From Escherichia coli (GTDB lineage Bacteria; Pseudomonadota; Gammaproteobacteria; Enterobacterales; Enterobacteriaceae): DNA of 64,000 bases. The translations under genes and the position numbers were made by a program. The number at the start of each line of letters is the position of its first letter. Positions within the stretch are counted from its first letter, which is position 1. The stretch lies in NCBI RefSeq assembly GCF_017348835.2, contig NZ_CP071375.1; one strand, given 5' to 3'. Under the pieces are notes generated by a model. That model did no database searches and was not told the origin of the DNA. It saw only the letters and a program-made list of their open reading frames with translations. Shown piece after piece: positions 22,384 through 34,159 of this stretch.

Positions 22384-24066
22384 TTATTTCGCTTCGCTTA
22401 GTGCTTTCTTGATATTGTTAAACTTCTCCTGATTTACCTCGCTAAGCGGTGGCTGGCTGCTGTCGATAAACTCTCTTACCACGCCTTGCATCTCTTTAAC
22501 GACCTGCGGATTGGCGGCGGCAAGGTTATCTTTTTGCTGTAGATCCGTCAGTTTGTAGAGACCTAACTGATTGTTTTCTAATGTATAGACAAGCGAATAA
22601 TCGTTATTTCTCACCGTATAAGAGAATTGGCTTAAGTCCTCAGTGTTGGGGTTATGCGGGTAATCGTCTGACTGATGACGGACAAATTTGTGGTAATTAT
22701 CCCAGAATGGAATATTTTCCTCATCAAACCAGTGAGAATAAGAGGTTATCCAGGTCAGATTTTTATGTGGCTCGCCTTGTTTCTTATCTTGCAACCAGGG
22801 CAGCAAGGAAACGCCATCCAGCTTAAGGTCTTTTGGAATGCTGATATCGGCTGCATCAAGAGCTGTCGGGTAGAAATCCATTGCGGAAATCAGCTTGTCA
22901 TAATTACCGGGTTGAAGTTTTCCTTTCCACCACATAAACATTGGGGTGTGAGTACCGCCAGGATAGGTCTGACTCTTATAGCCTTTCTGCGCCCCGTTCA
23001 GCGGCAGAGGACCATCGATAACCGCACCATTATCGGAGGTAAAGAGAATAATAGTATTGTCATACTGTCCGTTTTTCTTCAGTTGTTCGAGAATGCGTTT
23101 TACACCCTGATCAACAGAATAAACGGAAGCGTAGTAGTTATCTGCCGTTTGACTACCGGTATTAAATTGCTTCTGATATTGCTCCGGTGCAGGATTATCA
23201 TTTGGCAGGTGCGGAGCATTATAAGCCAGGTAAAGCATAAAAGGCTGGTCAAGTGTTTTGGCACGATCAACAACGCCAATTGCTTCATCGGTTAACTGAT
23301 CGCTGATATAACCTTTTGCGGGGACGCGTTCACGATTTTTGAACAGTGAAGGGGAGTTGTAATATGCCGTTCCTGCAGCGTGGAATCCCATAAAGTAATC
23401 AAAGCCACGGTTTTGAGGTTGCCATTCTTCCGCAGAAAATGTGGTGAAGTTGTCATGATAGTCACGCGTTTGTTTATCTTCCGGTACCGGCACATTACTG
23501 ATTTTTGACAAGTGCCATTTACCTACTGCTGCAGTGTAATAACCATGATTCTGGAATAATTCAGGCAAGAAAGTTTCTGTTAGCGGAATACCATCCTGAG
23601 CATCGGTATTGGAATAGACACCAAAGCGGGCGGGAGCTCGACCGGTCATTATTGCGGCGCGGGAGGGGCCGGAAACACCGTGTGCCACATAGCCGTTAGT
23701 AAAACGTACGCCTTCATCCATTAATGAAAGGAGCGTCGGCGTTGATTTTTGTGCAGCTTCAATGGCTTTATCTATCCCTATTTTGTAGGTATCGACAACT
23801 TCACGATTTTCCATTGTTTTTGGGTCAAAAGATCCCTTATCAAAAGGAAGTTGTCCATAACCAAGATCATCCATGGTCAGTACGATAATATTTGGCTTTC
23901 CTTTGGTACTGTATTCTGTCGGCGTAAAGTCTGAGAAAGCAACGTTTGTTTTGGTTGCTTTCAGCTTTACATCATCTGCCGCATGAGCAGCAAATGCAGC
24001 CATACCAGATGCCAGTATCAAAGATATCGAGGTACTTACGACACTTTTCTTTAATGCAGACTTCAT
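22384..24066 (-). CDS. ydeN: putative sulfatase (secreted)
   Basis: 560 aa from MKSALKK... with signal peptide and sulfatase-family fold residues. Confidence 0.85.
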   Translation of the reverse strand: MKSALKKSVVSTSISLILASGMAAFAAHAADDVKLKATKTNVAFSDFTPTEYSTKGKPNIIVLTMDDLGYGQLPFDKGSFDPKTMENREVVDTYKIGIDKAIEAAQKSTPTLLSLMDEGVRFTNGYVAHGVSGPSRAAIMTGRAPARFGVYSNTDAQDGIPLTETFLPELFQNHGYYTAAVGKWHLSKISNVPVPEDKQTRDYHDNFTTFSAEEWQPQNRGFDYFMGFHAAGTAYYNSPSLFKNRERVPAKGYISDQLTDEAIGVVDRAKTLDQPFMLYLAYNAPHLPNDNPAPEQYQKQFNTGSQTADNYYASVYSVDQGVKRILEQLKKNGQYDNTIILFTSDNGAVIDGPLPLNGAQKGYKSQTYPGGTHTPMFMWWKGKLQPGNYDKLISAMDFYPTALDAADISIPKDLKLDGVSLLPWLQDKKQGEPHKNLTWITSYSHWFDEENIPFWDNYHKFVRHQSDDYPHNPNTEDLSQFSYTVRNNDYSLVYTLENNQLGLYKLTDLQQKDNLAAANPQVVKEMQGVVREFIDSSQPPLSEVNQEKFNNIKKALSEAK

Positions 24067-24397
24067 AAATGTTCCTCTTCTTATTGTACTTAATTCCAAA
24101 GTAATTTTACGAAGAGAAATAAGTGGATGTAAGTGAAGTTAGTCACATAAAGAGATAGCAGATTTAGCTAAGAAAAGGGAAATAACAGTCCATAAAGCGT
24201 TGACATTACTTTCTGTTCTACTAAGTAATTTCTCGCCGATAAACAACTAATCTATTGATATTTAATAAGTTATTGTATTTTACTGACAAAATTCCGAATT
24301 GAGATCATAAATAATCATGCAACAGATTATGCAAATGCATAAATATGTGATGAATGTCACTTATTTATTTCAATAAATATATCGCCTAAAAACAACG

Positions 24398-24421
24398 CGG
24401 GGCAAGGAATGGCTGCCCCAT
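24398..24421 (-). terminator. putative terminator downstream of ydeO
   Basis: Hairpin ggggca...tgcccc followed by a T-run on the minus strand. Confidence 0.45.
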
Positions 24422-24467
24422 TTAATTCTTACGTAGCGTGTGTGGTTGACTACTCGTTAGCAAATAA

Positions 24468-25229
24468 TCAAATAGCTAAAGCACTCATCGTGTTGTCCGT
24501 GTTCATACCGGTGTGCCTTTGACAACGGTACTCCTTAGAAACTCTCTTCGGACTGTTGCCGAAATGTTTGCGGAACGCATAAATAAAATAAGATGTACTG
24601 GCATAACCACATTGTTCGGCAATTTTATTGACTGAACCTTCTACGCGTATCAAATTTTTTGCGTGCTGCATTCTGGCATCTAAAAGAATCTGTGAGAATG
24701 TCGTTTGCTCTTGCTTAAGTTTTTTCTTCAACAGGCTTTCACTGATGTACAGGCAGTCACAAATATCTTTCAGCTTCCATGGGTGCGCCAGCTTCATGTT
24801 GACAATATTTCTCACTTTCCTGGAAACGGATAGCACACCGTTAGTTAATAGTGTAATGAAACCTTTGCATGCGGCAAAAATAGACAGGCAAGAAAAAAGC
24901 AAAAGTTCTGAAAAATTATGATGATTGCGTTCTTCCGAGTTGAGATAAGCAATCATTTCATTAAGCAATCCAGTCGGTACATTTGAAGCACGTAAAAACT
25001 TCGCAGGAACAGGCATCGTCACTGTCTGGATGTTAGTGCATTGTAGATATTTTTTAATGGTGTTTTCATTAAATCCGATTTCTTTGAAATGCCGCTCATA
25101 AGGTTCAAAATGCGTACGAACAGCGTTATCTACCATCAGGATCTCGCCGTCAGAGAAGGCGTAATCTTTATCTAAAATGTTAGCGTTGAAGGCATGATGA
25201 ATAAATATAACAGAACAAACGAGCGACAT
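24468..25229 (-). CDS. ydeO: AraC-family acid-resistance regulator
   Basis: 253-aa ORF with C-terminal AraC HTH; recognised YdeO sequence; downstream of safA. Confidence 0.9.
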   Translation of the reverse strand: MSLVCSVIFIHHAFNANILDKDYAFSDGEILMVDNAVRTHFEPYERHFKEIGFNENTIKKYLQCTNIQTVTMPVPAKFLRASNVPTGLLNEMIAYLNSEERNHHNFSELLLFSCLSIFAACKGFITLLTNGVLSVSRKVRNIVNMKLAHPWKLKDICDCLYISESLLKKKLKQEQTTFSQILLDARMQHAKNLIRVEGSVNKIAEQCGYASTSYFIYAFRKHFGNSPKRVSKEYRCQRHTGMNTDNTMSALAI

Positions 25230-25303
25230 TTTATCTCCTTAAAACAATAAAGTTTTTATCGATATTTTTTTAACATTTCATATTTATAATTTGCTGTTTA
25301 TTT

Positions 25304-25501
25304 TCAGTCTCGCAAACTATTGATAATGAAATGTGTAAGATCTCTTGCAATGCGACCCATTTCTGAAATACCCAGCTGATCAATTGCCGAAAAAATGGCT
25401 ATCAACGTAAGCGTCAGTAATAAGACAACCACAATTACAGACATGATCTCTTTATAGTTGTCTCGTTGCGTGATTTTATTTTTCACTGTGGTCGCATGCA
25501 T
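25304..25501 (-). CDS. safA: small membrane connector protein SafA (EvgS/PhoQ connector)
   Basis: 65 aa from MHATTVKNKITQRDNYKEIMSVIVVVLLLTL... with a single TM helix; the ORF track adds 12 upstream codons. Confidence 0.8.
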   Translation of the reverse strand: MHATTVKNKITQRDNYKEIMSVIVVVLLLTLTLIAIFSAIDQLGISEMGRIARDLTHFIINSLRD

Positions 25502-25612
25502 TTCAAATGTGTTTATTAAGCGAATAACGTTAAGCATCGTTAATCAGTATGCTTAATATAACAGGCCGGAGAAAAGAGGAAATAGGACTGGCGCTTCAGT
25601 ACTGAACGGAGT

Positions 25613-25628
25613 TTCTTACAGCTGTAGG
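25613..25628. promoter_or_regulatory. EvgA-box-like motif upstream of safA-ydeO
   Basis: ttcttacagctgtagg; near-identical copy upstream of ydeP; resembles the EvgA consensus TTCPyTACA. Confidence 0.5.
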
Positions 25629-25748
25629 CAGAATTTTATATCTTATAGTATGTAGTTTAATTTAATCCATGTGAGCAAATTGCGCGATAATAGTCAATGA
25701 GGGATTCTTCTGCTGTGTGGATGACAGCAGAAGAAGTGAGAAGAGGCA

Positions 25749-28028
25749 TTAATTTGATGGTTCTAATTCAACCGGAATACTTTTATAGCCAGGAATGCCA
25801 CTTAAGGGATCGTGGTTATCGAGTGTTAGCATGTGATTCGATTCTGGAAAATAGGTCACCAGTGAGCGGTCAGCCATAGGGTAAATGACCACTTTTAATC
25901 TATCCATGCGGCGTGAGCTGCGCTTACCGTCTGGCGTAAGCGCAATAAGATTAACTCTTTCGCCGTTTTTTACACGGCAAATTTTAGCTTGTTTAGCACT
26001 CATAAAGACCACATCTCGTTGACCGAATACCCCTCGATAGCGATCATCCATACCATAAATCGTCGTGTTGTACTGATCGTGGCTGCGTACTGTCGCCATG
26101 ACCAGCTTACTGTTAAACGCTGAAGAGGGATCTTCTAACAGCCCTTTGCTGGTAATGAAATTAGCCTTACCTGACGGCGTCATCCAGCGCCTTTCAGCAG
26201 CTGCATTTATCAGGTGAAAACCACCGGGATGACGGATGCGCTGGTTATAGTCGGCGAACTCTGGCAGCACAGCTTCAATGTCATTGCGAATGCGATCATA
26301 ATCTTCCACCAGATACTCCCAGGCTACCACGCTCTGGGGTAGTGCTGCCTGTGCGATTCCCGCGACCACTGCACACTCTGATTTCAGCATTACACCGGCG
26401 GGTTTTAACACGCCACGCGAGGCATGAATCATCGACATTGAATCCTCAACGGTTACCGCCTGCGCACCGCTTTTTTGCATGTCAATCTCGCTACGCCCCA
26501 GAACCGGCAGAATATAGCTATGCCGTGCGGTCAGCAGATGAGAGCGGTTAAGCTTAGTGGCTACGTGTACCGCCAAATCTAATTGCGTTAACGGTACAGC
26601 GCTCGCTTCCCGATCTGGCATTGCCAGTGCAAAGTTGCCCCCCATGCAGATCAATGCTCGAGCCTGCCCCGTACATATTGCTTGCATGCTGGCAATTGCA
26701 GCATGTCCAGGTGCATGAGGTGGGGTGAAGCCATAGCGCTCACCCAGGCGAGCCAGAAACTCTGCAGACGGTTTCTCGGTGATACCGACGGTTCGGTCGC
26801 CCTGTACATTAGAGTGACCACGTAGTGGGCAGATACCCGCACCAGGCTTGCCAATGTTACCTTTCATCAACAGCAAATTGACCAGTTGCTGTACATTCTG
26901 GGTACCATGTTCGTGCTGAGTGATCCCCATTCCGTAACAGATAATGGTGCGTTCGGCAGCGGCATATGCATCAGCCAGTTCGGCGATTTGAGTCTGACTT
27001 AGTCCAGAAATACGTTCGATATCTTTCCACTCGGAATTGAGAACGTCACGACGTAGCTCGTCAAAGCCGACGGTATGCGTTTGAATAAATTCGTCATCCA
27101 GCAATGAGGGCCGACCTGCGGCGCTTGCAGCATCATCGCGCTCAATTAACAGGCGCATCATCCCTTTGAGCAACGCCATATCGCCACCAATGCGCACGTT
27201 ATAGTAGGCACTGGCCAACTGAGTCTCAGAGTTCGTCAGCATTTCAAACGGGTTTTGCGGTGCGGTAAATCGCTCCAGGCCACGTTCCTGTAGAGGGTTT
27301 ATGGCGATCATTTTCGCGCCCCGTTTCACTAAAGCGCGCAACGAAGTCAGCATGCGAGGGTGGTTTGTACCAGGGTTATGCCCAATGCAAATGACTAAAT
27401 CGCACTTCTCAAAGTCTTCCAGCAACACGGTCCCTTTACCTACACCGATACTCGCTGCCAAACCCACGCTTGTCGGTTCATGGCACATGTTGGAGCAGTC
27501 GGGAAAGTTATTGCTCCCGTATTCACGGGCAAAAAGCTGATAAAGAAAGGCAGCTTCATTGGAAGTGCGGCCCGAAGTATAGAATTCAACCTGATTGGGA
27601 TCACTATAGCTTTGAAGGCGTGCGCCAATTTCATCGAAAGCTTGTTGCCAGCTTAATGGCTTGTAACAGTCGCTGACGGCATCATATTTCAAAGGCTGAG
27701 TGAGTCGCCCCGCAGCCTCAAGCTCGTGGTCTCCCCAGGTAAGTAATGATTGAACCGTATTCTCAGCAAAGAAAGAGGCGTTTACCTGCTTATCCGTGAC
27801 TTCCCAGGCGATTGCTTTTGCGCCGTTTTCACAAATGTCGAATGACGCACTGTGCTTAGGATCTGGCCATGCACAACCCGGACAGTCAAAGCCCTCTGGC
27901 TTATTCATGTCAAACATGGCAATAACATCCTGGCGTATATCCATCTGCTTACGTACTGCATTCGCTACGGATTTAACAGCACCCCAACCACCGGCAGCAC
28001 CCTGGTAGGATTCAATTTTTTTCTTCAT
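25749..28028 (-). CDS. ydeP: molybdopterin oxidoreductase-family acid-resistance protein
   Basis: 759-aa ORF; recognised YdeP sequence. Confidence 0.9.
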   Translation of the reverse strand: MKKKIESYQGAAGGWGAVKSVANAVRKQMDIRQDVIAMFDMNKPEGFDCPGCAWPDPKHSASFDICENGAKAIAWEVTDKQVNASFFAENTVQSLLTWGDHELEAAGRLTQPLKYDAVSDCYKPLSWQQAFDEIGARLQSYSDPNQVEFYTSGRTSNEAAFLYQLFAREYGSNNFPDCSNMCHEPTSVGLAASIGVGKGTVLLEDFEKCDLVICIGHNPGTNHPRMLTSLRALVKRGAKMIAINPLQERGLERFTAPQNPFEMLTNSETQLASAYYNVRIGGDMALLKGMMRLLIERDDAASAAGRPSLLDDEFIQTHTVGFDELRRDVLNSEWKDIERISGLSQTQIAELADAYAAAERTIICYGMGITQHEHGTQNVQQLVNLLLMKGNIGKPGAGICPLRGHSNVQGDRTVGITEKPSAEFLARLGERYGFTPPHAPGHAAIASMQAICTGQARALICMGGNFALAMPDREASAVPLTQLDLAVHVATKLNRSHLLTARHSYILPVLGRSEIDMQKSGAQAVTVEDSMSMIHASRGVLKPAGVMLKSECAVVAGIAQAALPQSVVAWEYLVEDYDRIRNDIEAVLPEFADYNQRIRHPGGFHLINAAAERRWMTPSGKANFITSKGLLEDPSSAFNSKLVMATVRSHDQYNTTIYGMDDRYRGVFGQRDVVFMSAKQAKICRVKNGERVNLIALTPDGKRSSRRMDRLKVVIYPMADRSLVTYFPESNHMLTLDNHDPLSGIPGYKSIPVELEPSN

Positions 28029-28271
28029 CTACTTATCCTGTGTGGAAATGAATTATTAGGATTTGTAATAGCGATGATGCACAGTACATAAAAAGGGATT
28101 ATCGCCAACATGGATATATAAGAGTAGGGGACTACTCTCTTTCTATTTTTAATCTATTATCGTTAAACAATAGATTAAATACGATAAGGTAAGCATCATC
28201 TCTCATAGTGTTTAAATTAACATATTTTTTAATATAAAAAATAAGACTCTGGCTTCAATTGTGCGCGGATT

Positions 28272-28287
28272 TTCTTACAGGTGTAGG
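28272..28287. promoter_or_regulatory. EvgA-box-like motif upstream of ydeP
   Basis: ttcttacaggtgtagg; 15/16 identical to the safA upstream copy, same orientation relative to the gene. Confidence 0.5.
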
Positions 28288-28361
28288 ATAATAGCCTTCA
28301 CAAAATAATTATCCGCGCAATTTTCGTGAATGGAGCGCATAGACTAAGGTCAAAATCACAA

Positions 28362-29276
28362 TTATTCATAGATAAAAGTGACACCAATGACTGACTGGAC
28401 GGTTCCGGCTGAAACCTTGTTTCCTGTTTGTCCATAGGTTGCGCTTAAACCCAGAGGTACTTTGCTTTTATTTACTGTCCCCAGGGAGATATTTTCTCCC
28501 GTAGCCAGTATTTTTCCATTACGCATCAGAGAGACACCCACTCCCGATGCTTTTGTTGCATCAGATGCTGTGTTAGCAAACACTTGTCGGGCACTGTCAG
28601 TGGTGGCACCCGAAAGATAAAATGAGAGCTTTTGTTCGCTTGAGCAATATACGCCAAGGGGTATTTCTGCGCTTCCAGGAAAGTCCGGGAGATTCACGGT
28701 GACATTACGACTATCAACAGTGCAGCCGCCTGTTGGCATAACAACACTGTTATTTGAAATAATATTCCACGTAAAATTACGCGGATTTCCGCTTCCTAAC
28801 GTGGCAATTTTATACATATGAATACGGGCAATAACTTCCCCGGCTTTTATGACAACTCCACCGGCCGCCCCGACTGGGGTAATATAGAGTTTTAACGGTA
28901 ATGGCATCGGTGTCTTATCACCAATATCCAATACGTTGGTATTTGTCGTCAACGGGAAGGGGTAGGTCACACTATTCCAGTACAGCGATCCTTTATATGA
29001 CTGTAGGGAGCCTGCGAAAGCTGAGCCTTGTACCAGGTTTATATGATCAGTATCGTACCAGCCGCCGTAATCATTCCAGCAACTTATATGCTGAGACAAG
29101 TCTACAACCAGATTCTGTCCCGGCTGTATTACAGGGTCGAGATTAACATAAACAGAGGTTGTACCTGCTCCAATACTTGACCCGCCATCGACATTACAAC
29201 TGAAGGCAAAAACTTTGCCTGCCATTAATAGAAGATAAATACCGAACAGGACCTTTATACTGATTGTTTTACCCAT
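28362..29276 (-). CDS. ydeQ: fimbrial tip adhesin (FimH-like), F9-type
   Basis: 304-aa two-domain adhesin-like ORF with signal peptide, last gene of the fimbrial operon. Confidence 0.85.
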   Translation of the reverse strand: MGKTISIKVLFGIYLLLMAGKVFAFSCNVDGGSSIGAGTTSVYVNLDPVIQPGQNLVVDLSQHISCWNDYGGWYDTDHINLVQGSAFAGSLQSYKGSLYWNSVTYPFPLTTNTNVLDIGDKTPMPLPLKLYITPVGAAGGVVIKAGEVIARIHMYKIATLGSGNPRNFTWNIISNNSVVMPTGGCTVDSRNVTVNLPDFPGSAEIPLGVYCSSEQKLSFYLSGATTDSARQVFANTASDATKASGVGVSLMRNGKILATGENISLGTVNKSKVPLGLSATYGQTGNKVSAGTVQSVIGVTFIYE

Positions 29277-29335
29277 GATATATCCTAAGGTTAAAAAATT
29301 GATTTAAAAAGAAGGCTAAGAAAATCGAATCGACG

Positions 29336-29839
29336 TTATTGCCAGGTGTAGATCACATTGATTAGCGCCTCGATCGTTCCCTGGCTTGTGTTTCCATTCA
29401 CCGTGATAGCTCTTGCCTTAAGTGGAAACTGTGCATTACGAGTGATCTCATCAACAATAACCGTTTTGCTATCGCCATTTTTTAACGTCGCATCCTGGTC
29501 ATCCCTCAGCTCTATCTGAATATTTTCGGCAGTACCTTCATTTTTGTAATAACCCGTATTGTCAGTTGAACCTGTCACGATTGCCGTCACTGCACTTGTT
29601 TCAGCCGGACAATCGGTTAATGACAAAGTAATATTGTGCCAGCTAGATGCAGAACCAGGTTGTTGCAGATTGCGCGTATAAAGATCCCCGAGATTAACGT
29701 TAGCTTCTTTGGTTTGAATAGTGCAGGGTTTAGCGACTACCCGACCATTAACAGTGATAGTGACATCGGCGGCCTGGAGAGTTGCTGTGAATAACGCGCA
29801 AAACGTAGCTAACAGGAACCTCTTGTGAAGTCTTTTCAT
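29336..29839 (-). CDS. ydeR: fimbrial minor subunit (FimG-like)
   Basis: 167-aa pilin-like ORF with signal peptide. Confidence 0.8.
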   Translation of the reverse strand: MKRLHKRFLLATFCALFTATLQAADVTITVNGRVVAKPCTIQTKEANVNLGDLYTRNLQQPGSASSWHNITLSLTDCPAETSAVTAIVTGSTDNTGYYKNEGTAENIQIELRDDQDATLKNGDSKTVIVDEITRNAQFPLKARAITVNGNTSQGTIEALINVIYTWQ

Positions 29840-29851
29840 ATCTGACTCTGA

Positions 29852-30382
29852 TTATTGAAATTCAAGGGTAAAGGTTGCCGAAGCCCTCACCAGTCCCGGA
29901 TTGACGGACTTCTGAGTTGACTTCAGACGAGCGGAGTAAGGCAAAATATTGTTCTGTTCTGGTACCAGTGGGATCCACTGCATCCCGGCATGAAGGTCAT
30001 TCAATTTCACCGGACGCATATTTCCGTCCAGTATTTCTATACCCAAACCGGAGGCCGTATTGCTTCCTTCATCCAGTTTCAACAGAGTATTATTTTCTGC
30101 ATCCTCAATACCGTTAAATGCAACCCGAACCCCCGTTGTCCCTTTACTGCATTCACTTAACGTAATCTGAAAAGGGACGGCTGGACTTGTGCTACCGGTC
30201 GTTGGAAATTGTCTGGCACTGTTTTTTTGGAGATCTACGGTAAAATTAAGCGAATCCGATGAGACTGTGCAGCCATAATCCAGGACGCGCCCGCTAATTT
30301 TAATAACGCTATCTGCGGATAAAGCAGAATAGGTGGTTAACCCCAGACATAAACCGAGGAAAATAACGTTATTGTATTTCAT
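29852..30382 (-). CDS. ydeS: fimbrial minor subunit (FimF-like)
   Basis: 176-aa pilin-like ORF with signal peptide. Confidence 0.8.
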   Translation of the reverse strand: MKYNNVIFLGLCLGLTTYSALSADSVIKISGRVLDYGCTVSSDSLNFTVDLQKNSARQFPTTGSTSPAVPFQITLSECSKGTTGVRVAFNGIEDAENNTLLKLDEGSNTASGLGIEILDGNMRPVKLNDLHAGMQWIPLVPEQNNILPYSARLKSTQKSVNPGLVRASATFTLEFQ

Positions 30383-30395
30383 AATCTATTGTTCC

Positions 30396-33047
30396 TTAGC
30401 GACAGATTGCTGTCTGCTGGTTCAGCAAGGTTCCAGGAGAGACTTCAGGAAGCTTGTAATCGACAATACAGTTTGAGTTTTTATCATTGCCCCATGAAAC
30501 CTGTAATTTCCCTGACTGTGGAAGTCCAGTCAGATAAACCTGACCATTTTCCGCGACAATGCTGCCATTTTTATTCTCTCCGTGAGTGACAATTGCACCG
30601 AATGGAACGCTTTTATTACCGTACTTCAACGTCATTAATACTTTCCCGCCGATTTGTGCATTAAATGTTGCTCTGGCAATAGCACCGTGAGTTGGGATGA
30701 CAGTGACTACGGTTTCATCCAGTTCAACATTATCTGCAAGGGAATTCGCGTTAAGAGCGACACGATTTTCTCTATATTCTGTCGCAAATGGTAATATTGC
30801 ATAGCCACGCCAGTCGGTATGAATTCCGGTCTGGTTCTCTATTTTGACATTATCAGCGCCAGGAGCCTTAACCAGAACCATTGTGTCGCCCAGCGGCTGT
30901 CCAAAGGTGATGCCATCAGCGTGAGCAATAATCCCACCACTCATTCCGTAATAAATCTGGCTGCTGTCATCACTCCGACTGTAACCGACATTCGTATTAC
31001 CGTAAGCTCCACGATAATTAAGAGAACTGTAACCACTGGTGCCAGACGATGTATTACCCCCTTGGGTGTTACCGACCTGAACGCTATAATTCAGGTTATT
31101 ATCCGGCAGCAGAGTGCCATAAACCCCTGATAGGTTGGTCATGCCGCCTTTCAAATCGTTTGACATACTGTAACTGGCATTTGAATTACGAAATGCCGAC
31201 TGACTGTCTGTACGCATCCAATGACTAAAGGGAACATTAAGCGTAAAAGCGAGTAAATGATCCCGATCGTTTTGCCATATATTATTGGAATAGCTGTAAT
31301 TCAGCGAAGTCGTAATATCACCAAACGGCACATTTAATCCAAATGATATTTGCTGGTCGCTGCGTGACGTGTTCCAGTAACTTTGGCGACTGGCACTGAA
31401 AAATGTCGTACCGTAATTTCCAAGCTGCTGAGAGATGCTTATTTGTTCCTGACCACGCTTACTGTAGAACAGATTAAAATAATCAATAAATTGTATCTGC
31501 TCATTGCTGTCTCCGGTAGGAGGCTTGACGGTGTAACCACTCATTCGACTGTAGGCACTGTCGGATAAGTTATAAAAACCTTGCGTAGAATAGCGATATC
31601 CTGCGACCTGGATATTGGTTCCTGTCTGGTAGAAGGATTTGCTGTAGACGGATTTAACCGATTGCCCGCTGTGACGGGTGCCATCTGCAAGTGTCGTATT
31701 GGCCTGCGTGATATCGAAAGAAAAGGCACCAAAAAGTCCTAAATCTTTACCAATACCAAGGTTGAAGGCCTGATAATCTTCTGCAATTTGCATTCCGCCA
31801 TAAGGTGTCCAGTTTTCTTTCAGACCATGCATCAAGCTACCTTGTATGAACTTGGGGGAGCTTTGCAGGTTATTTCCACTACGATATTCCCCCATGGCAA
31901 GCGCATAACGCGTATATCCAGCACGTTGGAGAACCGGAACAGACGAATAAGGAACATATAATGTCTGAATACTGCCGTCTGCCTCTTTTATGGTTACTTG
32001 CAGATCACCACCATTGGCCGCAGAGTTGATATCATCAATAGTAAAAGGGCCGGGTGGAACAGTAGTCTGATAAACATCGTATCCGTTCTGTTTTACACTC
32101 ACTTGTGCGGTGCCACGGGCAATACCATGAATCACCGGAGCGAAACCATGTTGGCTATCGGGCAACATCGCTTCTGTTGAATTTATTTTGAGGCCACGAA
32201 AGTTCACACTATCAAAAATATCGCCATCGGTATAACTATCACCTACCGTTAACCGTGAGCGTAAGGGAATAATGTCACGTTCAGCCGACGTATTGATATG
32301 CTGCCATTTATTGCTGTCTGATGAATTGCTACTCCCACTGTTATAACTCCACGTTGAGTTATCGCGCAGTCGCCAACTACCAATGTTGATGCCACTCTGT
32401 AAATTCAAATATGCATAGTTGGATTTTCCTGCATTATGGTTACTACGATTATTAATAGAATTACCATTAAAACTATAGTTTAGAAGCCCAGCATTTATTC
32501 CTTCTTCCCACAGATCAGGAGAAACATAGCCGCGAGCCATTCTGCCAACATAAATTTGCGGAACGGAGAGTGACAAATGTTGCTGACCAACATCAAACTC
32601 AGTTGATGCGTCAGCTAAACGATCCTGAAGTGGTGTGCATGCGCTGTTGTCCGGCACATGTTTTTCTGCTGAATGTTCGTTATTGTCTAATAACGCAGAT
32701 TTTTTTATGCCAAGACTGACAAGAAGATCTGTACTTAGGCATGGGATGAGATCTGCGTTATTATCATCTGCAATAAAAGTAATATCCCGACTAGTCATAA
32801 ATTCGTCGTTCAAATAAATGTCGACCCGATATGTACCAGGTGGTGCCTCGCGTCCCTTAGTAAAGGCGGATAAATCGACAGATTCAGCAAGATCATTGCT
32901 TAAAAACCGTGGATTAAAATAATACTCTGCGTCAACGGGAAATACCGCAGTTGCTAAGCTAAGGGCAATGGTAAGCCGTACAAAGCGAGGCAGTAGTAAC
33001 ACCTGATGCATACGATATGCCTTAAATGCGGCACGAAAGGCTGTCAT
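30396..33047 (-). CDS. ydeT: fimbrial outer-membrane usher (FimD family), apparently full length
   Basis: Uninterrupted 883-aa ORF of typical usher length; the true start may be the internal Met (MHQVLLLPRF...) at about 33011. Confidence 0.8.
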   Translation of the reverse strand: MTAFRAAFKAYRMHQVLLLPRFVRLTIALSLATAVFPVDAEYYFNPRFLSNDLAESVDLSAFTKGREAPPGTYRVDIYLNDEFMTSRDITFIADDNNADLIPCLSTDLLVSLGIKKSALLDNNEHSAEKHVPDNSACTPLQDRLADASTEFDVGQQHLSLSVPQIYVGRMARGYVSPDLWEEGINAGLLNYSFNGNSINNRSNHNAGKSNYAYLNLQSGINIGSWRLRDNSTWSYNSGSSNSSDSNKWQHINTSAERDIIPLRSRLTVGDSYTDGDIFDSVNFRGLKINSTEAMLPDSQHGFAPVIHGIARGTAQVSVKQNGYDVYQTTVPPGPFTIDDINSAANGGDLQVTIKEADGSIQTLYVPYSSVPVLQRAGYTRYALAMGEYRSGNNLQSSPKFIQGSLMHGLKENWTPYGGMQIAEDYQAFNLGIGKDLGLFGAFSFDITQANTTLADGTRHSGQSVKSVYSKSFYQTGTNIQVAGYRYSTQGFYNLSDSAYSRMSGYTVKPPTGDSNEQIQFIDYFNLFYSKRGQEQISISQQLGNYGTTFFSASRQSYWNTSRSDQQISFGLNVPFGDITTSLNYSYSNNIWQNDRDHLLAFTLNVPFSHWMRTDSQSAFRNSNASYSMSNDLKGGMTNLSGVYGTLLPDNNLNYSVQVGNTQGGNTSSGTSGYSSLNYRGAYGNTNVGYSRSDDSSQIYYGMSGGIIAHADGITFGQPLGDTMVLVKAPGADNVKIENQTGIHTDWRGYAILPFATEYRENRVALNANSLADNVELDETVVTVIPTHGAIARATFNAQIGGKVLMTLKYGNKSVPFGAIVTHGENKNGSIVAENGQVYLTGLPQSGKLQVSWGNDKNSNCIVDYKLPEVSPGTLLNQQTAICR

Positions 33048-33088
33048 TATTAATTCCGATTGAGTTTATTATTAATTAGGTCACTGGC

Positions 33089-33808
33089 TTACTGCATGGT
33101 TGCCTTAATACGCGGAGTTAATGCACCGTAATCATTGATCGTCTGAAAACTGATATCCCCGGTTGCAGCATGCGGGATATCCACCGATACTTCACCTTTT
33201 GGCGGCACCATGGTGTTTGGGAGATTGCTATTTCCTGCTTTCATATTTGTTACGGTAATGAAGTAGGGCGTTGGATTAATAAGGGTGAGTTTGCTACCGC
33301 TGCGACGAAACCGAAGCATTGCAGGCGCTTCTTCAGGTGCCATTGCCAGGTTCGTGGGGCGATAAAACATTTTTATGCGGCTAATAATTGCCAGCTGTAA
33401 TGTATTCTCATTCTTCTGGTCTTTTTCCATAGCAGGAATAGCTTTAACATTCACCCAGAACAGGCTTTCACGGTCGCCTGGTAACTGATGATTAGTGGCA
33501 TTGATTATCCGCAGCGTATTCTCTTTTTTACCTTGCATGGAAAAAAGCGGTGGGGTAATGACAAACTGGGTGTCTTTTTGGTCACCTGCATTTTCTATCC
33601 ATGACTGAATGAGATAGACACTGGCAGGATCATTATTCGTGACAGGCAATAAAACCTGTTTCTGGTTTGCCGGATAAATTACCCGCGTCGCACCCAGTGC
33701 GACAGCTGCGTTGGCAACGGTGCTATGGCAAGCAAAGAGCAATAAAAGTAACACTGTCGCCATAAAGGAAATAGAGTAGGGGGTACGCGTAGTTTGCATC
33801 TGATGCAT
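33089..33808 (-). CDS. periplasmic fimbrial chaperone (PapD/FimC family)
   Basis: 239-aa ORF with signal peptide, chaperone-like sequence, positioned between major subunit and usher. Confidence 0.8.
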   Translation of the reverse strand: MHQMQTTRTPYSISFMATVLLLLLFACHSTVANAAVALGATRVIYPANQKQVLLPVTNNDPASVYLIQSWIENAGDQKDTQFVITPPLFSMQGKKENTLRIINATNHQLPGDRESLFWVNVKAIPAMEKDQKNENTLQLAIISRIKMFYRPTNLAMAPEEAPAMLRFRRSGSKLTLINPTPYFITVTNMKAGNSNLPNTMVPPKGEVSVDIPHAATGDISFQTINDYGALTPRIKATMQ

Positions 33809-34159
33809 TCTCCATGTGTTAAGAGGATAAGCGGGAAAACCGTTACATCAGACAATCGATAAATGTTGCTAATACATTGGCGAGTCGCCGGGTTTCCAGA
33901 CTTAATGCGTTTGTAATAAATGTTGGTTCTCTTTTAATAGGAAAACCTTGCTACAAAGTAAATATTTTAAATAACAGTAAGTTTAACTACTGTTGTTTAT
34001 TGATAGTTTAGATATTATGTGATTTTTCATAGCGCTCCAAATACAAACCACTCCTCATTAATAATGAGATTCACATTGGTGAATTGCTCGGGTGTGCGTA
34101 GCCATGCCACACACACCCTGTTTCAATTTCAGATGACGTATAGCCACCTTAAGATTGAA

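Noticed and set aside
22675..23295. 206-aa ORF antisense to ydeN
   Set aside because: Antisense artefact within the sulfatase gene.
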